Shown here: in pieces, positions 17,442 to 27,025 of the stretch
Layout of the letters: every line of letters starts with the position of its first letter
Position numbering within the stretch: position 1 is the stretch's first letter
NCBI GenBank assembly: GCA_965197585.1
Contig: OZ240215.1
Location: forward strand, 2,368,001 to 2,432,000
Direction: 5' to 3'
Origin: Dehalococcoidia bacterium
GTDB taxonomy: Bacteria; Chloroflexota; Dehalococcoidia; Plut-88900
DNA length: 64,000 nucleotides
Notes under the pieces: model-generated
Databases searched by the model: none
What the model saw: only the letters and a program-made list of their open reading frames with translations
Told to the model about the DNA's origin: nothing
Made by a program: the position numbers and the translations under genes

Positions 17442-18779
17442 ATGGCATTGCAGGTTAATGGAAAGGTGAAGAGCACGTCCAGACTCCCCCTGGAAGGCAT
17501 TCGTATACTCGACTTCTGCGTAGTCTGGGCCGGCCCATTCGCCACCCAGATCCTCGCCGACCTCGGCGCCGAGGTCATCAAGGTGGAGAATATCCACCAC
17601 TGGCAGCCGATGACACGGGGTTTCGTAGCGAGGCCCCCAAAGAACACTGTCCCTAATCTTCTGCCCATGCTAGGTGGCTATCCCGACAACGATCCCGGCC
17701 CCCGACCCTGGAACCGCTGCCCCGGATTCAACAACCTGTTCCGCAACAAGAAGAGCGTGACCATCGATCTCAAGCAGCCAAGGGGCAGGGAGATGCTCGA
17801 ACACCTCATAAAAGAGTGCGATATTTTCTACGAGAACAACGTTACCGAGACCATGGAGAAGCTGAATATCAGCTACGACATGCTCAAGGCTATCCGCCCC
17901 GACATCATCATGGTCCGAGTTCCCGCATACGGCAGCGTCGGGCCCTACAGGAACTACCGGGCACTGGGCGTGCACCTGGAATCGGTGATAGGACACTCGC
18001 TTATACGGGGATACCGGGACTCCGACCCCTCAACCAACAGCGCCATCTATATGGGCGACTACGCCGCGGGTGTCCAGGGCGCCTTCGCCGTAATGGCCGC
18101 TCTCCACTACCGGAAGCGGACAGGCAAGGGCCAGTTCATCGAGCTGTCCCAAGCCGAGAACGCCGTGTCTTTCCTTGCAGAGACGGTGATGGACTACACG
18201 CTCAATGGTCGGCTTCAGGGAACGCAGGGGAACAGGAATCACTTCGGCTCGGCCCCGTGCGGCGCATTCCCGGCTAAAGGCGATAACTGCTGGATCAGCA
18301 TTACCGTCTCCACAGACTCCGAATGGCGCGGCTTGTGCGAGGCTATGGGCAATCCCGACTGGTGCAAGGAAGAACGCTACTCGGACCAGTACTCCCGCTG
18401 GAAGAACGCCGACCAACTCGAAGAGAATCTGTCCCGCTGGACTGCCCAGCACGACAAGTACGAGGCATTCCATCTGCTCCAAGGACATGGCGTTCCCGCT
18501 GGCCCCGTCATGCACGCCGGAGACGCACACTCAGATCCCCACGTGAAGGAACGGGACTTCTTCAACAGGATCACTCACCCGGAGGCGGGCACCCACAACT
18601 ACCCCGGCTTCATATTCAACATGTCCCGCACCCCGCCCGTGGTCCGAAACCCTCCCTGCCGTCTCGGGGAGCACAATGAATACGTCTACAAAGAAATATT
18701 AAAGGTCTCGGACCGGGAATACGCCGAGCTTGAGGCCGAGGGCCACATAGGCATGGACTTCGACCCCGAAATCCAGTGA
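17442..18779 (+). CDS. CaiB/BaiF family III CoA-transferase (catalytic Asp retained)
   Basis: 'PLEGIRILD..WAGP..LADLGAEVIKVE', 'RNKKSVTIDL', 'YMGDYAAG'. Confidence 0.9.
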   Translation: MALQVNGKVKSTSRLPLEGIRILDFCVVWAGPFATQILADLGAEVIKVENIHHWQPMTRGFVARPPKNTVPNLLPMLGGYPDNDPGPRPWNRCPGFNNLFRNKKSVTIDLKQPRGREMLEHLIKECDIFYENNVTETMEKLNISYDMLKAIRPDIIMVRVPAYGSVGPYRNYRALGVHLESVIGHSLIRGYRDSDPSTNSAIYMGDYAAGVQGAFAVMAALHYRKRTGKGQFIELSQAENAVSFLAETVMDYTLNGRLQGTQGNRNHFGSAPCGAFPAKGDNCWISITVSTDSEWRGLCEAMGNPDWCKEERYSDQYSRWKNADQLEENLSRWTAQHDKYEAFHLLQGHGVPAGPVMHAGDAHSDPHVKERDFFNRITHPEAGTHNYPGFIFNMSRTPPVVRNPPCRLGEHNEYVYKEILKVSDREYAELEAEGHIGMDFDPEIQ

Positions 18780-18802
18780 CCGGCCCACACAAGGAGGAAT
18801 CG

Positions 18803-19699
18803 ATGGCGAAGCAAGACCGGGTCGGATTCGTCGGCCTGGGGATAATGGGGAAGGCCCAGGCCTCCAACATCCTCAAGGCAGGTTTCCCTCTCACCGTCTA
18901 CAACAGGACCCGGAGCAAGGCCGAGGAACTGGGAGAGATGGGCGCCACCGTCGCCGACTCCCCAGCCGACGTCGCACGCAATAGCGACGTCATCATAACC
19001 ATGGTCAGCGATTCCCCGGACGTTGAGGAGGTCATCCTCGGGCCGGGCGGAGTCATAGAAACCGCCGCCGAGGGCTCCGTCGTCATCGATATGAGCTCCA
19101 TATCACCTCAGATCACTCAGGATATCGCCAAGGCCCTGGGCGGGAAGGGCGTCAGCATGCTTGATGCCCCGGTCAGCGGTGGGTCCTGGGGCGCTATCCA
19201 GGGCACCCTGTCCATCATGGTCGGAGGAGACAAGCCGGTCTTCGACCGCTGCATGCCCGTATTCGAAGCTATGGGCAAAACAATCATCTACACCGGCGCC
19301 AACGGCATGGGTCAGGTGACCAAGCTGGTGAACCAGATTATCGTCGGTGGAACGCTGGCGGCAGTCTGCGAGGGACTGGTGTTTGGGGCGAAGGCCGGCA
19401 TAGACCTTGGCCCCGTGTTCGAAGCCGTAGCCGGTGGGGCGGCAGGCTCATGGCAGCTCCAGAACCTGGGCTCACGCGTTCTCAAAAGAGACTTCGACCC
19501 CGGGTTCATGGTCAAGCTCATGCACAAAGACCTCCGCCTGATCAGCGAGGCAGGCCGGGAGATGCAGCTTCCTCTGCCGCTGACCGGTCTGATCCAGCAG
19601 TTTTACAATGTCCTCCAGAACGACGGCTACGGCAACGAGGGTACGCAGGCCTACGTCAAGGTCATGGAAAAGCTTGCCGGAGTCGAGGCGCGGGGCTAG
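18803..19699 (+). CDS. Beta-hydroxyacid dehydrogenase (2-hydroxy-3-oxopropionate reductase / 3-hydroxyisobutyrate dehydrogenase family)
   Basis: 'GFVGLGIMG', 'DAPVSGG', 'KLVNQ', 'KDL'; AGGAGG RBS. Confidence 0.9.
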   Translation: MAKQDRVGFVGLGIMGKAQASNILKAGFPLTVYNRTRSKAEELGEMGATVADSPADVARNSDVIITMVSDSPDVEEVILGPGGVIETAAEGSVVIDMSSISPQITQDIAKALGGKGVSMLDAPVSGGSWGAIQGTLSIMVGGDKPVFDRCMPVFEAMGKTIIYTGANGMGQVTKLVNQIIVGGTLAAVCEGLVFGAKAGIDLGPVFEAVAGGAAGSWQLQNLGSRVLKRDFDPGFMVKLMHKDLRLISEAGREMQLPLPLTGLIQQFYNVLQNDGYGNEGTQAYVKVMEKLAGVEARG

Positions 19700-19708
19700 G
19701 AGCTTGTC

Positions 19709-20743
19709 GTGAAGATGCACTTCGGCGTCGGGATGGGGGGTACCCTCACCACAAAGAACGTGGGCGAGCACGCCAAGGTCGTCGAGGACAGCGGGTTCTC
19801 CTACCTCACTCTGGTCGACTCCCCTATCCGCTCCCGGGACGTCCACATAATGATGACCCTGGCCGCCCAGGCCACGAACCGGATCAGGATAGGGCACGGG
19901 GTCGTGGACCCGGTGACCATCCACCCCTCGGTCATCGCCAATATGACGGCCACCATCAACGAGTTGTCGGATGGGCGGGCGTTCATTGGTCTTGGTACGG
20001 GCAATCCCATCGTGAAGAACCGTAAGAAGGTCACCCACGCCGTCATGCGGGAGGCCGTCCACTTCATGCGAAAGTTCATGGCCGGTGAGGAAGCCGAGTT
20101 CCAGGGTGTGAAGATGCGCTCTTTCTGGATCGGCGAACCCCTGCCCATCTACCTCTCGGCCCACGGGCCCAGGACCATGCAGCTTGCCGGCGAAATCGCC
20201 GACGGACTGATCTCCCTCTGCACCGACCCCGTGTACGTCGAATGGGAGCTTAAGCAGCTTCGCAAAGGCGTGGAAAGGGCTGGCCGGGACTTCTCCAAGA
20301 TAGACACGTGGGCCCGCACCATGCTCTACGTTGCCGACTCCAAGGAGGCCGCCCGACGCGAGACCTCCGCCTACCCCTCCAGCTACGCAGACCTCTGCGA
20401 CTTGCTCGAAAGGGACGACTCCAACGTCGCTGAACTGCGGGAAGCCCTCGAAGCCAACGAACCCGGCTCCGTCCAGGCCCTGATCAACGACTCCCGCACC
20501 TTCGCCCAGGCCCTGGACCCGGACGTCGCCGAGAGGGTCGATGCTCCCCATTCCCACGTCGTAACCCAGCGCCTCATCGACTTCTACCACATCTCCGGCT
20601 CCCCCTCCGAGATGTGCGAAAGGATCGAGATACTGGGCGAGTTGGGGATAAAGACCATCTCCATGACCGCCTACACTCTTATCGACAAGATAGGCATGTT
20701 CCGCAAGGTCGGCGAGCAGATCATTCCCCGCTTCTCCCAGTGA
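19709..20743 (+). CDS. Luciferase-like (LLM) flavin/F420-dependent oxidoreductase
   Basis: 'ATNRIRIG..V..P..HP..A..ATI.ELSDGR..GLGTG', 'PIYLSAHGPRT..LAGEIADG'. Confidence 0.88.
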   Translation: MKMHFGVGMGGTLTTKNVGEHAKVVEDSGFSYLTLVDSPIRSRDVHIMMTLAAQATNRIRIGHGVVDPVTIHPSVIANMTATINELSDGRAFIGLGTGNPIVKNRKKVTHAVMREAVHFMRKFMAGEEAEFQGVKMRSFWIGEPLPIYLSAHGPRTMQLAGEIADGLISLCTDPVYVEWELKQLRKGVERAGRDFSKIDTWARTMLYVADSKEAARRETSAYPSSYADLCDLLERDDSNVAELREALEANEPGSVQALINDSRTFAQALDPDVAERVDAPHSHVVTQRLIDFYHISGSPSEMCERIEILGELGIKTISMTAYTLIDKIGMFRKVGEQIIPRFSQ

Positions 20744-20937
20744 ACCGGATTTCGGGGGTCCTGCCCTCGGCCAACTTGACAGCCTGAATCCTCCCCCACT
20801 ATCCTAGTATCATCCAGCGGGCCTTGCGGCAGCATGTCTGCCGAGGTGGTGGAGATATCGTCGTAGGGTTTGCAAGTTCCCTGTTCCCCAAGCGGAGTTC
20901 ATCAGAGTCCAACCAATATTTAGGAGGGCCTTGTACG

Positions 20938-22338
20938 ATGCTAGGAAAACAAACATATAGCAGACCCGGCCGTGGAAAGCTGACGCTTGCCTTGGTGGGG
21001 CTTGCTCTCGTTGCATTGCTCGTGGCGGTGGCCTGTGGCGCGACCGCGACAGCTACCCCCGAGGCCTCGGAGCCGGAGGCTACGGCAATGCCGGAGGCCA
21101 CCGCAATGCCGGAGGCTACGGCAATGCCAGATGCCACGGCAATGCCAGATGCTACGGCAATGCCAGATGCTACGGCAATGCCAGATGCTACGGCAATGCC
21201 AGAGCCGGAAGGCCCCCGAGCCATGGCCGAGTGGACGCTGGACAACCCCGCAACCCTTGAAGAGATAGAAGCGGCCCTTGAGACCCACCGCGGTGAGTCC
21301 TTGGTACTCGCCACCTGGGGCGGCGCCTACGAAGCGGCCCAGCGTCAGGCCTACATTACCCCCTTCCAGGACCAGTTCGGAGTGGAAATCGTTACCGACA
21401 CAATGGCCTACGCCAAGGTCAGAGCCCAGGTAGAGACTGGCAACCTCCAATGGCACGTGCTGGACTACGGCGGACAGGCCGCCTGGCAAGCCGCTACCGA
21501 TGGCTACCTGGAACCGCTGGACTTCAGCATTGTCGATACCAGGGACTTCCTGGAAGCCGGTATATCCGACTACTTCGGCGGTGGAGGCATTACCTGGTCC
21601 AACGTGGTCGCGTACAGCCTCCAGTCCGTGGACGAAAAATGGGGCGGACGCCACCCCCAGACCATGGCCGACATCTTCGACTTCGAAGGCTTCCCGGGCG
21701 CACGCTCCCTTGCCGCCCCGGAGTGGAGCTGGAAGACCAGTCTTAGATTCGCCCTTCTCTCCAGGTACCCGGAGCTTCTGGAGACCACCGAGGGCCGAGC
21801 CTCTCTCACACGGCTGTCCGACGAGCAGATTGTAGAGGCATACGAGGTCATGGACGAGATCGGCCCCGAGATCAAGGTTTGGTGGAGCTCGGGTGTAGAC
21901 TGCCCGGCCAACCTGATATCCCGGGAGATCGACCTCTGCACGGCCTGGAATGGACGTATCTACGACGCCTCGTCCCAGGGTGAGCCGGTTGCAATCTGCT
22001 GGACCTGCGGGCACATGATAAACACTGACTCCTGGGCAATACCCAGAGGCCTGAAAGACCAGGACGCCAACGTGTTTGAACTGGCCCAGCTCTTCATGGC
22101 CTGGACCTCCTTCCCCGAGAGGAACGCTGAGATTTCCAAGTACATCAGCTACGGCCCAATGAACCTGGCCTCCGTTCCCATCCTCAACGGCCCGGATTTC
22201 GACGAGGTGAGAGACCACCTTCCCACTTCAGCAGGCAACGTCCCCTACGCCATCGTCGAAGACGAAAACCATGATGGTCAGGTAGGAAGTGTCATGGGCG
22301 AACAGTGGGTCGCCTGGCAGCAGTCCCTTACCAATTAG
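20938..22338 (+). CDS. Lipoprotein ABC solute-binding protein (PotD/PotF-like) with an N-terminal repeat linker
   Basis: Signal peptide with lipobox VAVAC; 'TWGGAYEAAQ', 'FPGARSL', 'AWNGR', 'YGPMN'. Confidence 0.85.
   Translation: MLGKQTYSRPGRGKLTLALVGLALVALLVAVACGATATATPEASEPEATAMPEATAMPEATAMPDATAMPDATAMPDATAMPDATAMPEPEGPRAMAEWTLDNPATLEEIEAALETHRGESLVLATWGGAYEAAQRQAYITPFQDQFGVEIVTDTMAYAKVRAQVETGNLQWHVLDYGGQAAWQAATDGYLEPLDFSIVDTRDFLEAGISDYFGGGGITWSNVVAYSLQSVDEKWGGRHPQTMADIFDFEGFPGARSLAAPEWSWKTSLRFALLSRYPELLETTEGRASLTRLSDEQIVEAYEVMDEIGPEIKVWWSSGVDCPANLISREIDLCTAWNGRIYDASSQGEPVAICWTCGHMINTDSWAIPRGLKDQDANVFELAQLFMAWTSFPERNAEISKYISYGPMNLASVPILNGPDFDEVRDHLPTSAGNVPYAIVEDENHDGQVGSVMGEQWVAWQQSLTN
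21073..21198 (+). repeat. 7 x 18-bp coding tandem repeat (P[ED]ATAM)
   Basis: CC(G/A)GA(G/T)GC(T/C)AC(G/C)GCAATG repeated 7 times. Confidence 0.95.
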
Positions 22339-22359
22339 ACCCCGTTTCACCTGCATAGC

Positions 22360-22401
22360 AATAGAAGGGGCTCCCGGCAATGCCGGGGGCCCCTCTATTT
22401 T
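22360..22401 (+). terminator. Intrinsic terminator
   Basis: AATAGAAGGGGCTCCCGGCA/TGCCGGGGGCCCCTCTATTTT hairpin after the SBP gene. Confidence 0.75.
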
Positions 22402-22684
22402 CTCCGGTTAACAATCTCCAATCACCGATGGTGCAACACCGGAGAAATCGGCAGAATTCTCGTTGTGAACCCGCTTGCTAACCCATATTCTTTATGTCAA
22501 AATCAGAGGAGAATCCAATATCGGAGGGTGTAGAACAACCCAAATAATACATTTCAGCAGTCCCGCTGGGGAGGGTGCCTTAAGGGCCAGGGGCCAACGG
22601 GACTGAAGGTCAAATCCAATTTCGCAAAGTAGGTGGCGGTCTACGTGACTGCCTCTTTGCTTTTTGGGGCTCTACCCCTGGCCC

Positions 22685-24052
22685 ATGCTAGATCAGATAA
22701 ACCAACAGATTAGCCCCCCTCCGCCACCCGTCCAGGAGATAAGGTCACACCTTCACAGGGGAGACCTGCATCAGGCGGTAATTGCCCTAGAGGCGCTTCA
22801 GCCACCCGAGAGGGCGTCAGTCCTCTTTCAGATCGACACCAGGTCTAGGCAGCTCCTCTTCTCGGGCCTCACCCACGAGGCTGCAGGCCGCGTCCTGTCC
22901 GTCCTGGAAGTGAGTGACGCCATGGAAATCATACGGGGAGCGGACCCCATTCTGGTCGCCCTTTGGCTCGACCACGCCGGCACTGTCGCTGCCGCCCAGA
23001 TAATCCGGGAATTTCCCGTGCCCCTTGCCGGCAGGGTGCTGGACGCCATCTCCAACCCCGAGGCTCTCGTACCCCTAATAGAACAGTCCGAAAGCACCGC
23101 AGGGGCGCTCATGACCCCCGAGTTCATCGCCTTCAAGGAGTGGATGACCGTCTCCGATGCCATGGCCTGGCTCCGAAAGAACGGCCCTTCCATTGACACT
23201 ACCGACCGGGTCTACATCGTCGACATGTGGGACCGTCTCAAGGGTGCGGCCGCCATGAGAGACCTCATCATGGCCGAACCCGACTCTCCCATGCAAAACA
23301 TGATGGACTCACGGCTCATCTACGTGGCGCCCGGCACCCGCCAGGAGGAATGCGCTCAACTGATGCTCCGGCACAAACTGTCCAGCATTCCCGTGACCGA
23401 CGAACACGGCACCCTCCTCGGAGCCATCTCGATGAACCAGGCCGTGGACGCGATGGAGGAGAAGGTAACCAAGGACATGTACAGGCTGGCGGCCCTGTCC
23501 CAGCCGGAGCGGCTTGGGACCCCCGTCTCGGCTTCCCTCAGGAACCGGCTTCCCTGGCTGGTGCTGAATCTGGTCACCATCGGAATCGGCGCAGTGGTGA
23601 TCAGCCTATTTGAATCAACCATAGCCAGGATGGTGATACTGGCCGCCTTCATCCCCGTCGTGGCGAGCCAGGGGGGAGTGGGGGGCGCTCAGACCATCAC
23701 GCTTATGGTCAGGGGTTTCGCCCTGGGCGACATCAGCTTCCGAGACTCCAGAAGGGCGCTCGTCAAGGAGTTCGTCCTGGGGCTGACCAACGGCCTGGTG
23801 CTCGGTGTGATGGTAGGGGTCGTGTCCTACTTGTGGAAGGGCAGTATCGTCCTGGGTTTGGCTTTGGGCATTGCCATGCTGGGAACTATGGTGATGGCCG
23901 GGGTCAGTGGTGTAGCCGTGCCCCTTGGCCTTAAGCTCTTCAGGGTAGACCCAGCCGTAGCCTCAATGGTCTTCGTAACCACGATAACCGACATCTGCGG
24001 CTTCCTGCTGTTCCTGGGATTGGCAGGCATACTGCTCAATACTTTGGGCTAG
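22685..24052 (+). CDS. mgtE: Magnesium transporter MgtE
   Basis: 'TAGALMTPEF', CBS pair, 'RLPWL', 'P..ASQGG.GGAQ', 'DPAVAS..FVTTITD'. Confidence 0.92.
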   Translation: MLDQINQQISPPPPPVQEIRSHLHRGDLHQAVIALEALQPPERASVLFQIDTRSRQLLFSGLTHEAAGRVLSVLEVSDAMEIIRGADPILVALWLDHAGTVAAAQIIREFPVPLAGRVLDAISNPEALVPLIEQSESTAGALMTPEFIAFKEWMTVSDAMAWLRKNGPSIDTTDRVYIVDMWDRLKGAAAMRDLIMAEPDSPMQNMMDSRLIYVAPGTRQEECAQLMLRHKLSSIPVTDEHGTLLGAISMNQAVDAMEEKVTKDMYRLAALSQPERLGTPVSASLRNRLPWLVLNLVTIGIGAVVISLFESTIARMVILAAFIPVVASQGGVGGAQTITLMVRGFALGDISFRDSRRALVKEFVLGLTNGLVLGVMVGVVSYLWKGSIVLGLALGIAMLGTMVMAGVSGVAVPLGLKLFRVDPAVASMVFVTTITDICGFLLFLGLAGILLNTLG

Positions 24053-24089
24053 GATCGGGCACGAAGAAGCCGCCAGCGCTCCGAGCGGG

Positions 24090-24401
24090 CTATCCCGGCG
24101 ACAGCTGGATCTCTTCGCCGTCTACCCTGACCTTGTAGGTGGAGATGCTATCCGAGGCAGGCATGGTAAGGGCCTCTCCCGTAGTCATGTCGAACTCCGC
24201 CCCGTGCCACGGGCAGACCACAATGTTTCCCTCCACCTCCCCCTCCTCCAGCGGGCCTCCGGCATGGGGACACTCCGCCCCGAATGCGTAGTACTCCCCG
24301 TTCACGTTGGCTACCGCCACGTCCTCGTCGTCAACCTCCACCAGGATCATCTGCCCCGGCTCGATTTCCGAGGTCTTTGCAACGGTCACAAATTCAGCCA
24401 T
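24090..24401 (-). CDS. Rieske-type [2Fe-2S] ferredoxin
   Basis: 'CPH' and 'CPWHG' Rieske motifs, 103 aa. Confidence 0.9.
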   Translation of the reverse strand: MAEFVTVAKTSEIEPGQMILVEVDDEDVAVANVNGEYYAFGAECPHAGGPLEEGEVEGNIVVCPWHGAEFDMTTGEALTMPASDSISTYKVRVDGEEIQLSPG

Positions 24402-24520
24402 CTGGGTATCCTCTTCCTACAGTCGGTAGCCTTCGTGTCGTTGTACGGGAGTCATAGGAAAAGCCCCTGCCGGTAGGGGCTTCAAAACGTCCGTCCCAAT
24501 CTAAGCCGGATATATTCTTG

Positions 24521-25177
24521 TTAGGGTTCTGCGATAAAGAACTGGCAGTTGTGAGCCCCACCCACGACCGAGCATTCAAGCATCACGTCCCGTGACAGGA
24601 CTTCCTCCAGGAAAGCGACCTCCATGTCGCATATGTCCGCGCACTCGTTGGCCACTTGCAGATATGGGCAATTGTGTGCGGTGACCATGAACCCGTTCTC
24701 GTCCTTCTCCCACGTGGCCAGAGACCCGATCTTGTTCATTATCCGGGTCGCACCCTTGATCCGGTCGCCCAAGTCTTCCGACTGCACCTCATCGGCGTTG
24801 GACGCGGCTATATCCTCCCCAACCAGCTTAAGCACCTCTTTCACGGAGTCATTGCCGTAAAGTTTGCGCATATTGCTGATCAGACTGACCGCCAGGTGGT
24901 CGTAGTCCTTCGGGAAGAGTTCCTGCGCCTGATCGGTGAGGGAGTAGACGATGCGAGGGCGTCCAGCGCGGCCCGTGCGCAACTCTCGGCCCTTGACCAG
25001 GTTGCCGCGCTCCATGACGTTGATGTGGGCCCTGACGGTGACGGACATGATTTGCAGCTTACGGCCCAGCTGGTCGACACTCATGCCGCCATTGAGCTTG
25101 ATGCAGTCGAGTATCTGCCTTCGCGTATGCTGCATTTCGGACCGTGTTTCTTCTAGCTTCAAGTGGGCCCCCGCCAC
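24521..25177 (-). CDS. SufR-like wHTH transcriptional regulator with C-terminal cysteines
   Basis: N-terminal HTH, 'GRPRIVYSLT', 'FPKDY', 'HNCPY...C..E...C.F'; TTGACT/TATAGT promoter upstream on the - strand. Confidence 0.8.
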   Translation of the reverse strand: MAGAHLKLEETRSEMQHTRRQILDCIKLNGGMSVDQLGRKLQIMSVTVRAHINVMERGNLVKGRELRTGRAGRPRIVYSLTDQAQELFPKDYDHLAVSLISNMRKLYGNDSVKEVLKLVGEDIAASNADEVQSEDLGDRIKGATRIMNKIGSLATWEKDENGFMVTAHNCPYLQVANECADICDMEVAFLEEVLSRDVMLECSVVGGAHNCQFFIAEP

Positions 25178-25408
25178 CCTTGGCGCCCATTGGATACGAT
25201 GAAGATACTATACACGCTACGGAAATCAAGTCAAACGCTCGCCTCTGATCAACCGCCGTATGGCAGCTGAGGTCAGAGCAACTTTGGACCGCCTTACCTT
25301 CAGTCGTCGTCTTCCGACTCCTCCTTTTGAAGTCGGTTCCCCGCTCCAATGCAGCAGGCGCTTTCAGACGAGGGTTCTCACCTGCTTGCAATTAGTCGAG
25401 TACCTCGT

Positions 25409-25424
25409 TACACGTTAACGTGTA
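25409..25424. promoter_or_regulatory. Perfect 16-bp palindrome, candidate operator of the XRE regulator
   Basis: TACACGTTAACGTGTA abutting TATACT (-10 like), 10 nt before the XRE start. Confidence 0.5.
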
Positions 25425-25434
25425 TACTCAAGCA

Positions 25435-25692
25435 ATGACAGAAGAAGATCCCGACTCCCGAAACTGGAACGCCGACGCCGTAAGGGAGCTCAGAAGCCGC
25501 ATGGGGTTGACCCAGCGCCAGATGGCCCGGCGCCTCGGCGTCCGGCAACAGACCGTCAGCGAATGGGAGACGGGGCTCTACGCTCCGAGGGGCGCTTCCG
25601 TCACCCTCCTCCGCATGGTCTCCGAGGAGAGCGGCCCCGCCTACAACACGAACCGCGGCGAGATAGTTCAGGAGGACGAAGACTCCAGGTGA
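25435..25692 (+). CDS. XRE-family HTH regulator
   Basis: 'LRSRMGLTQRQMARRLGVRQQTVSEWETG..P'. Confidence 0.85.
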   Translation: MTEEDPDSRNWNADAVRELRSRMGLTQRQMARRLGVRQQTVSEWETGLYAPRGASVTLLRMVSEESGPAYNTNRGEIVQEDEDSR

Positions 25693-26999
25693 AGAGTGAC
25701 CTCCCCATACAAAGGCCCCCGAACGAAGAGCTTCTCTACGGCGTCTGGGCCCGGCGCAGTTACGACCCGAGAAGGCTCCGTACCGTCGACGGTGCGCGGA
25801 CCCAGGTCGTCTTCCCCGGTCGGCGCAACGGTGGCGCAGGCCCCGACTTCCTGGATGCCTCGGTCGACGTTGAGGGACGCGGTCTGCTCCGGGGAGACGT
25901 GGAAATCCACGTTCGCGCCCGGGACTGGATGTCCCATGGCCATCACCGGGACCCGGCCTACAACGGCGTCGTCCTCCACGTGGTCTGGGACGCCGACTCC
26001 CTCTGGACTGAACGGGAGGACGGCCAGCACCTCCCCACGGTCCCACTCAGGGGATGCCTGCAGGCATCCGTAGAGGCGGACTCGGGGAATGGAGTCACGG
26101 GGAATCCACCCTTGGGAGGGTGTGACGAGATAGCCTCGGCACTGGGAGCCGAGCAGGTGGCCCGGCTCCTGGACGAGGCGGGGGACGAACGCTTCGCAGC
26201 CAAGGCCATCCGTTTCCAGGGGGAGATGGCCGTCTGGCCGCCGTCGGAGGTCCTCTATCAGGGCATTATGCGGGCCCTGGGCTACAGCAAGAACCGGGCG
26301 CCCTTTCTAGCTCTGGCCCGGCTGCTCCCGTGGTCCACGGTGGAAGCCTTGGCCGCATCAACGCCGCAGGAGGAGCGACCCCGGGCCATAACCGCCTGGC
26401 TCTTGGGTACGGCGGGCCTGCTTCAGGGCGCGGGATCCGACATTGAAGACGTATGGCGCCGGTCCCTGCTTACCAGGGAGATGCGGCCCTCGGACTGGCG
26501 GCTGTCCGGCGTGAGGCCAGCGAACCACCCCTCCCGCAGGATCCTCGGCGCGGGGGATGTGCTGGCCCGTTTCACGGACGAAGGGCTGGTGGAAGGATTC
26601 GAAAGGGCGCTTCTAATCGCCGCCCATCACGAGGACCCCGGCTTGCTTATAGACCTGACCGCCGCCCCACCCGCCATTGGCAGCGAGCGCGCCCGAGAGA
26701 TGGTGGTTAACGTCGTTCTCCCCTTCTTCCGGGCCTTCGGGCTCGAACAGAAAGACGGGGCCCTGGCAGGCCCAGCATCGTTCCTCTTCGAACTGGCGCC
26801 CCCTGGGCCCGGCAACCGGAAACTGAAGGACATGTCCGCGCAACTGGGCATCGGAAGACCCTTCGGGGTGCCAATGACGGCCCGCAGGGAGCAGGGCCTC
26901 GTTCATCTCATAGAGGGGCCATGCCGTCACGGCTGGTGTGCCGAATGTCCCCTGGGCAGGGCTGTCCCGAGGCACGTGGCCTTGACCGCCGCGTCCTGA
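25689..26999 (+). CDS. DUF2851 family protein
   Basis: 'PG..N...GPDF.DA', 'GDVEIH', '[17 protein letters not shown]', 'RPANHP.RR', terminal C..C..CP; GTG overlaps the XRE stop. Confidence 0.8.
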   Translation: MKSDLPIQRPPNEELLYGVWARRSYDPRRLRTVDGARTQVVFPGRRNGGAGPDFLDASVDVEGRGLLRGDVEIHVRARDWMSHGHHRDPAYNGVVLHVVWDADSLWTEREDGQHLPTVPLRGCLQASVEADSGNGVTGNPPLGGCDEIASALGAEQVARLLDEAGDERFAAKAIRFQGEMAVWPPSEVLYQGIMRALGYSKNRAPFLALARLLPWSTVEALAASTPQEERPRAITAWLLGTAGLLQGAGSDIEDVWRRSLLTREMRPSDWRLSGVRPANHPSRRILGAGDVLARFTDEGLVEGFERALLIAAHHEDPGLLIDLTAAPPAIGSERAREMVVNVVLPFFRAFGLEQKDGALAGPASFLFELAPPGPGNRKLKDMSAQLGIGRPFGVPMTARREQGLVHLIEGPCRHGWCAECPLGRAVPRHVALTAAS

Positions 27000-27025
27000 C
27001 CGGCAGGCGGTATAATACCCCGGTC

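Noticed and set aside
21073-21198. Possible CRISPR array
   Set aside because: Contiguous in-frame 18-bp coding repeats, no spacers and no cas genes
19472-22218. Long antisense ORFs (19472-20590, 20941-22218; similarly 2983-3879, 4758-5555, 32596-33471)
   Set aside because: Shadow ORFs opposite well-supported genes, expected from high-GC codon bias; no recognisable motifs
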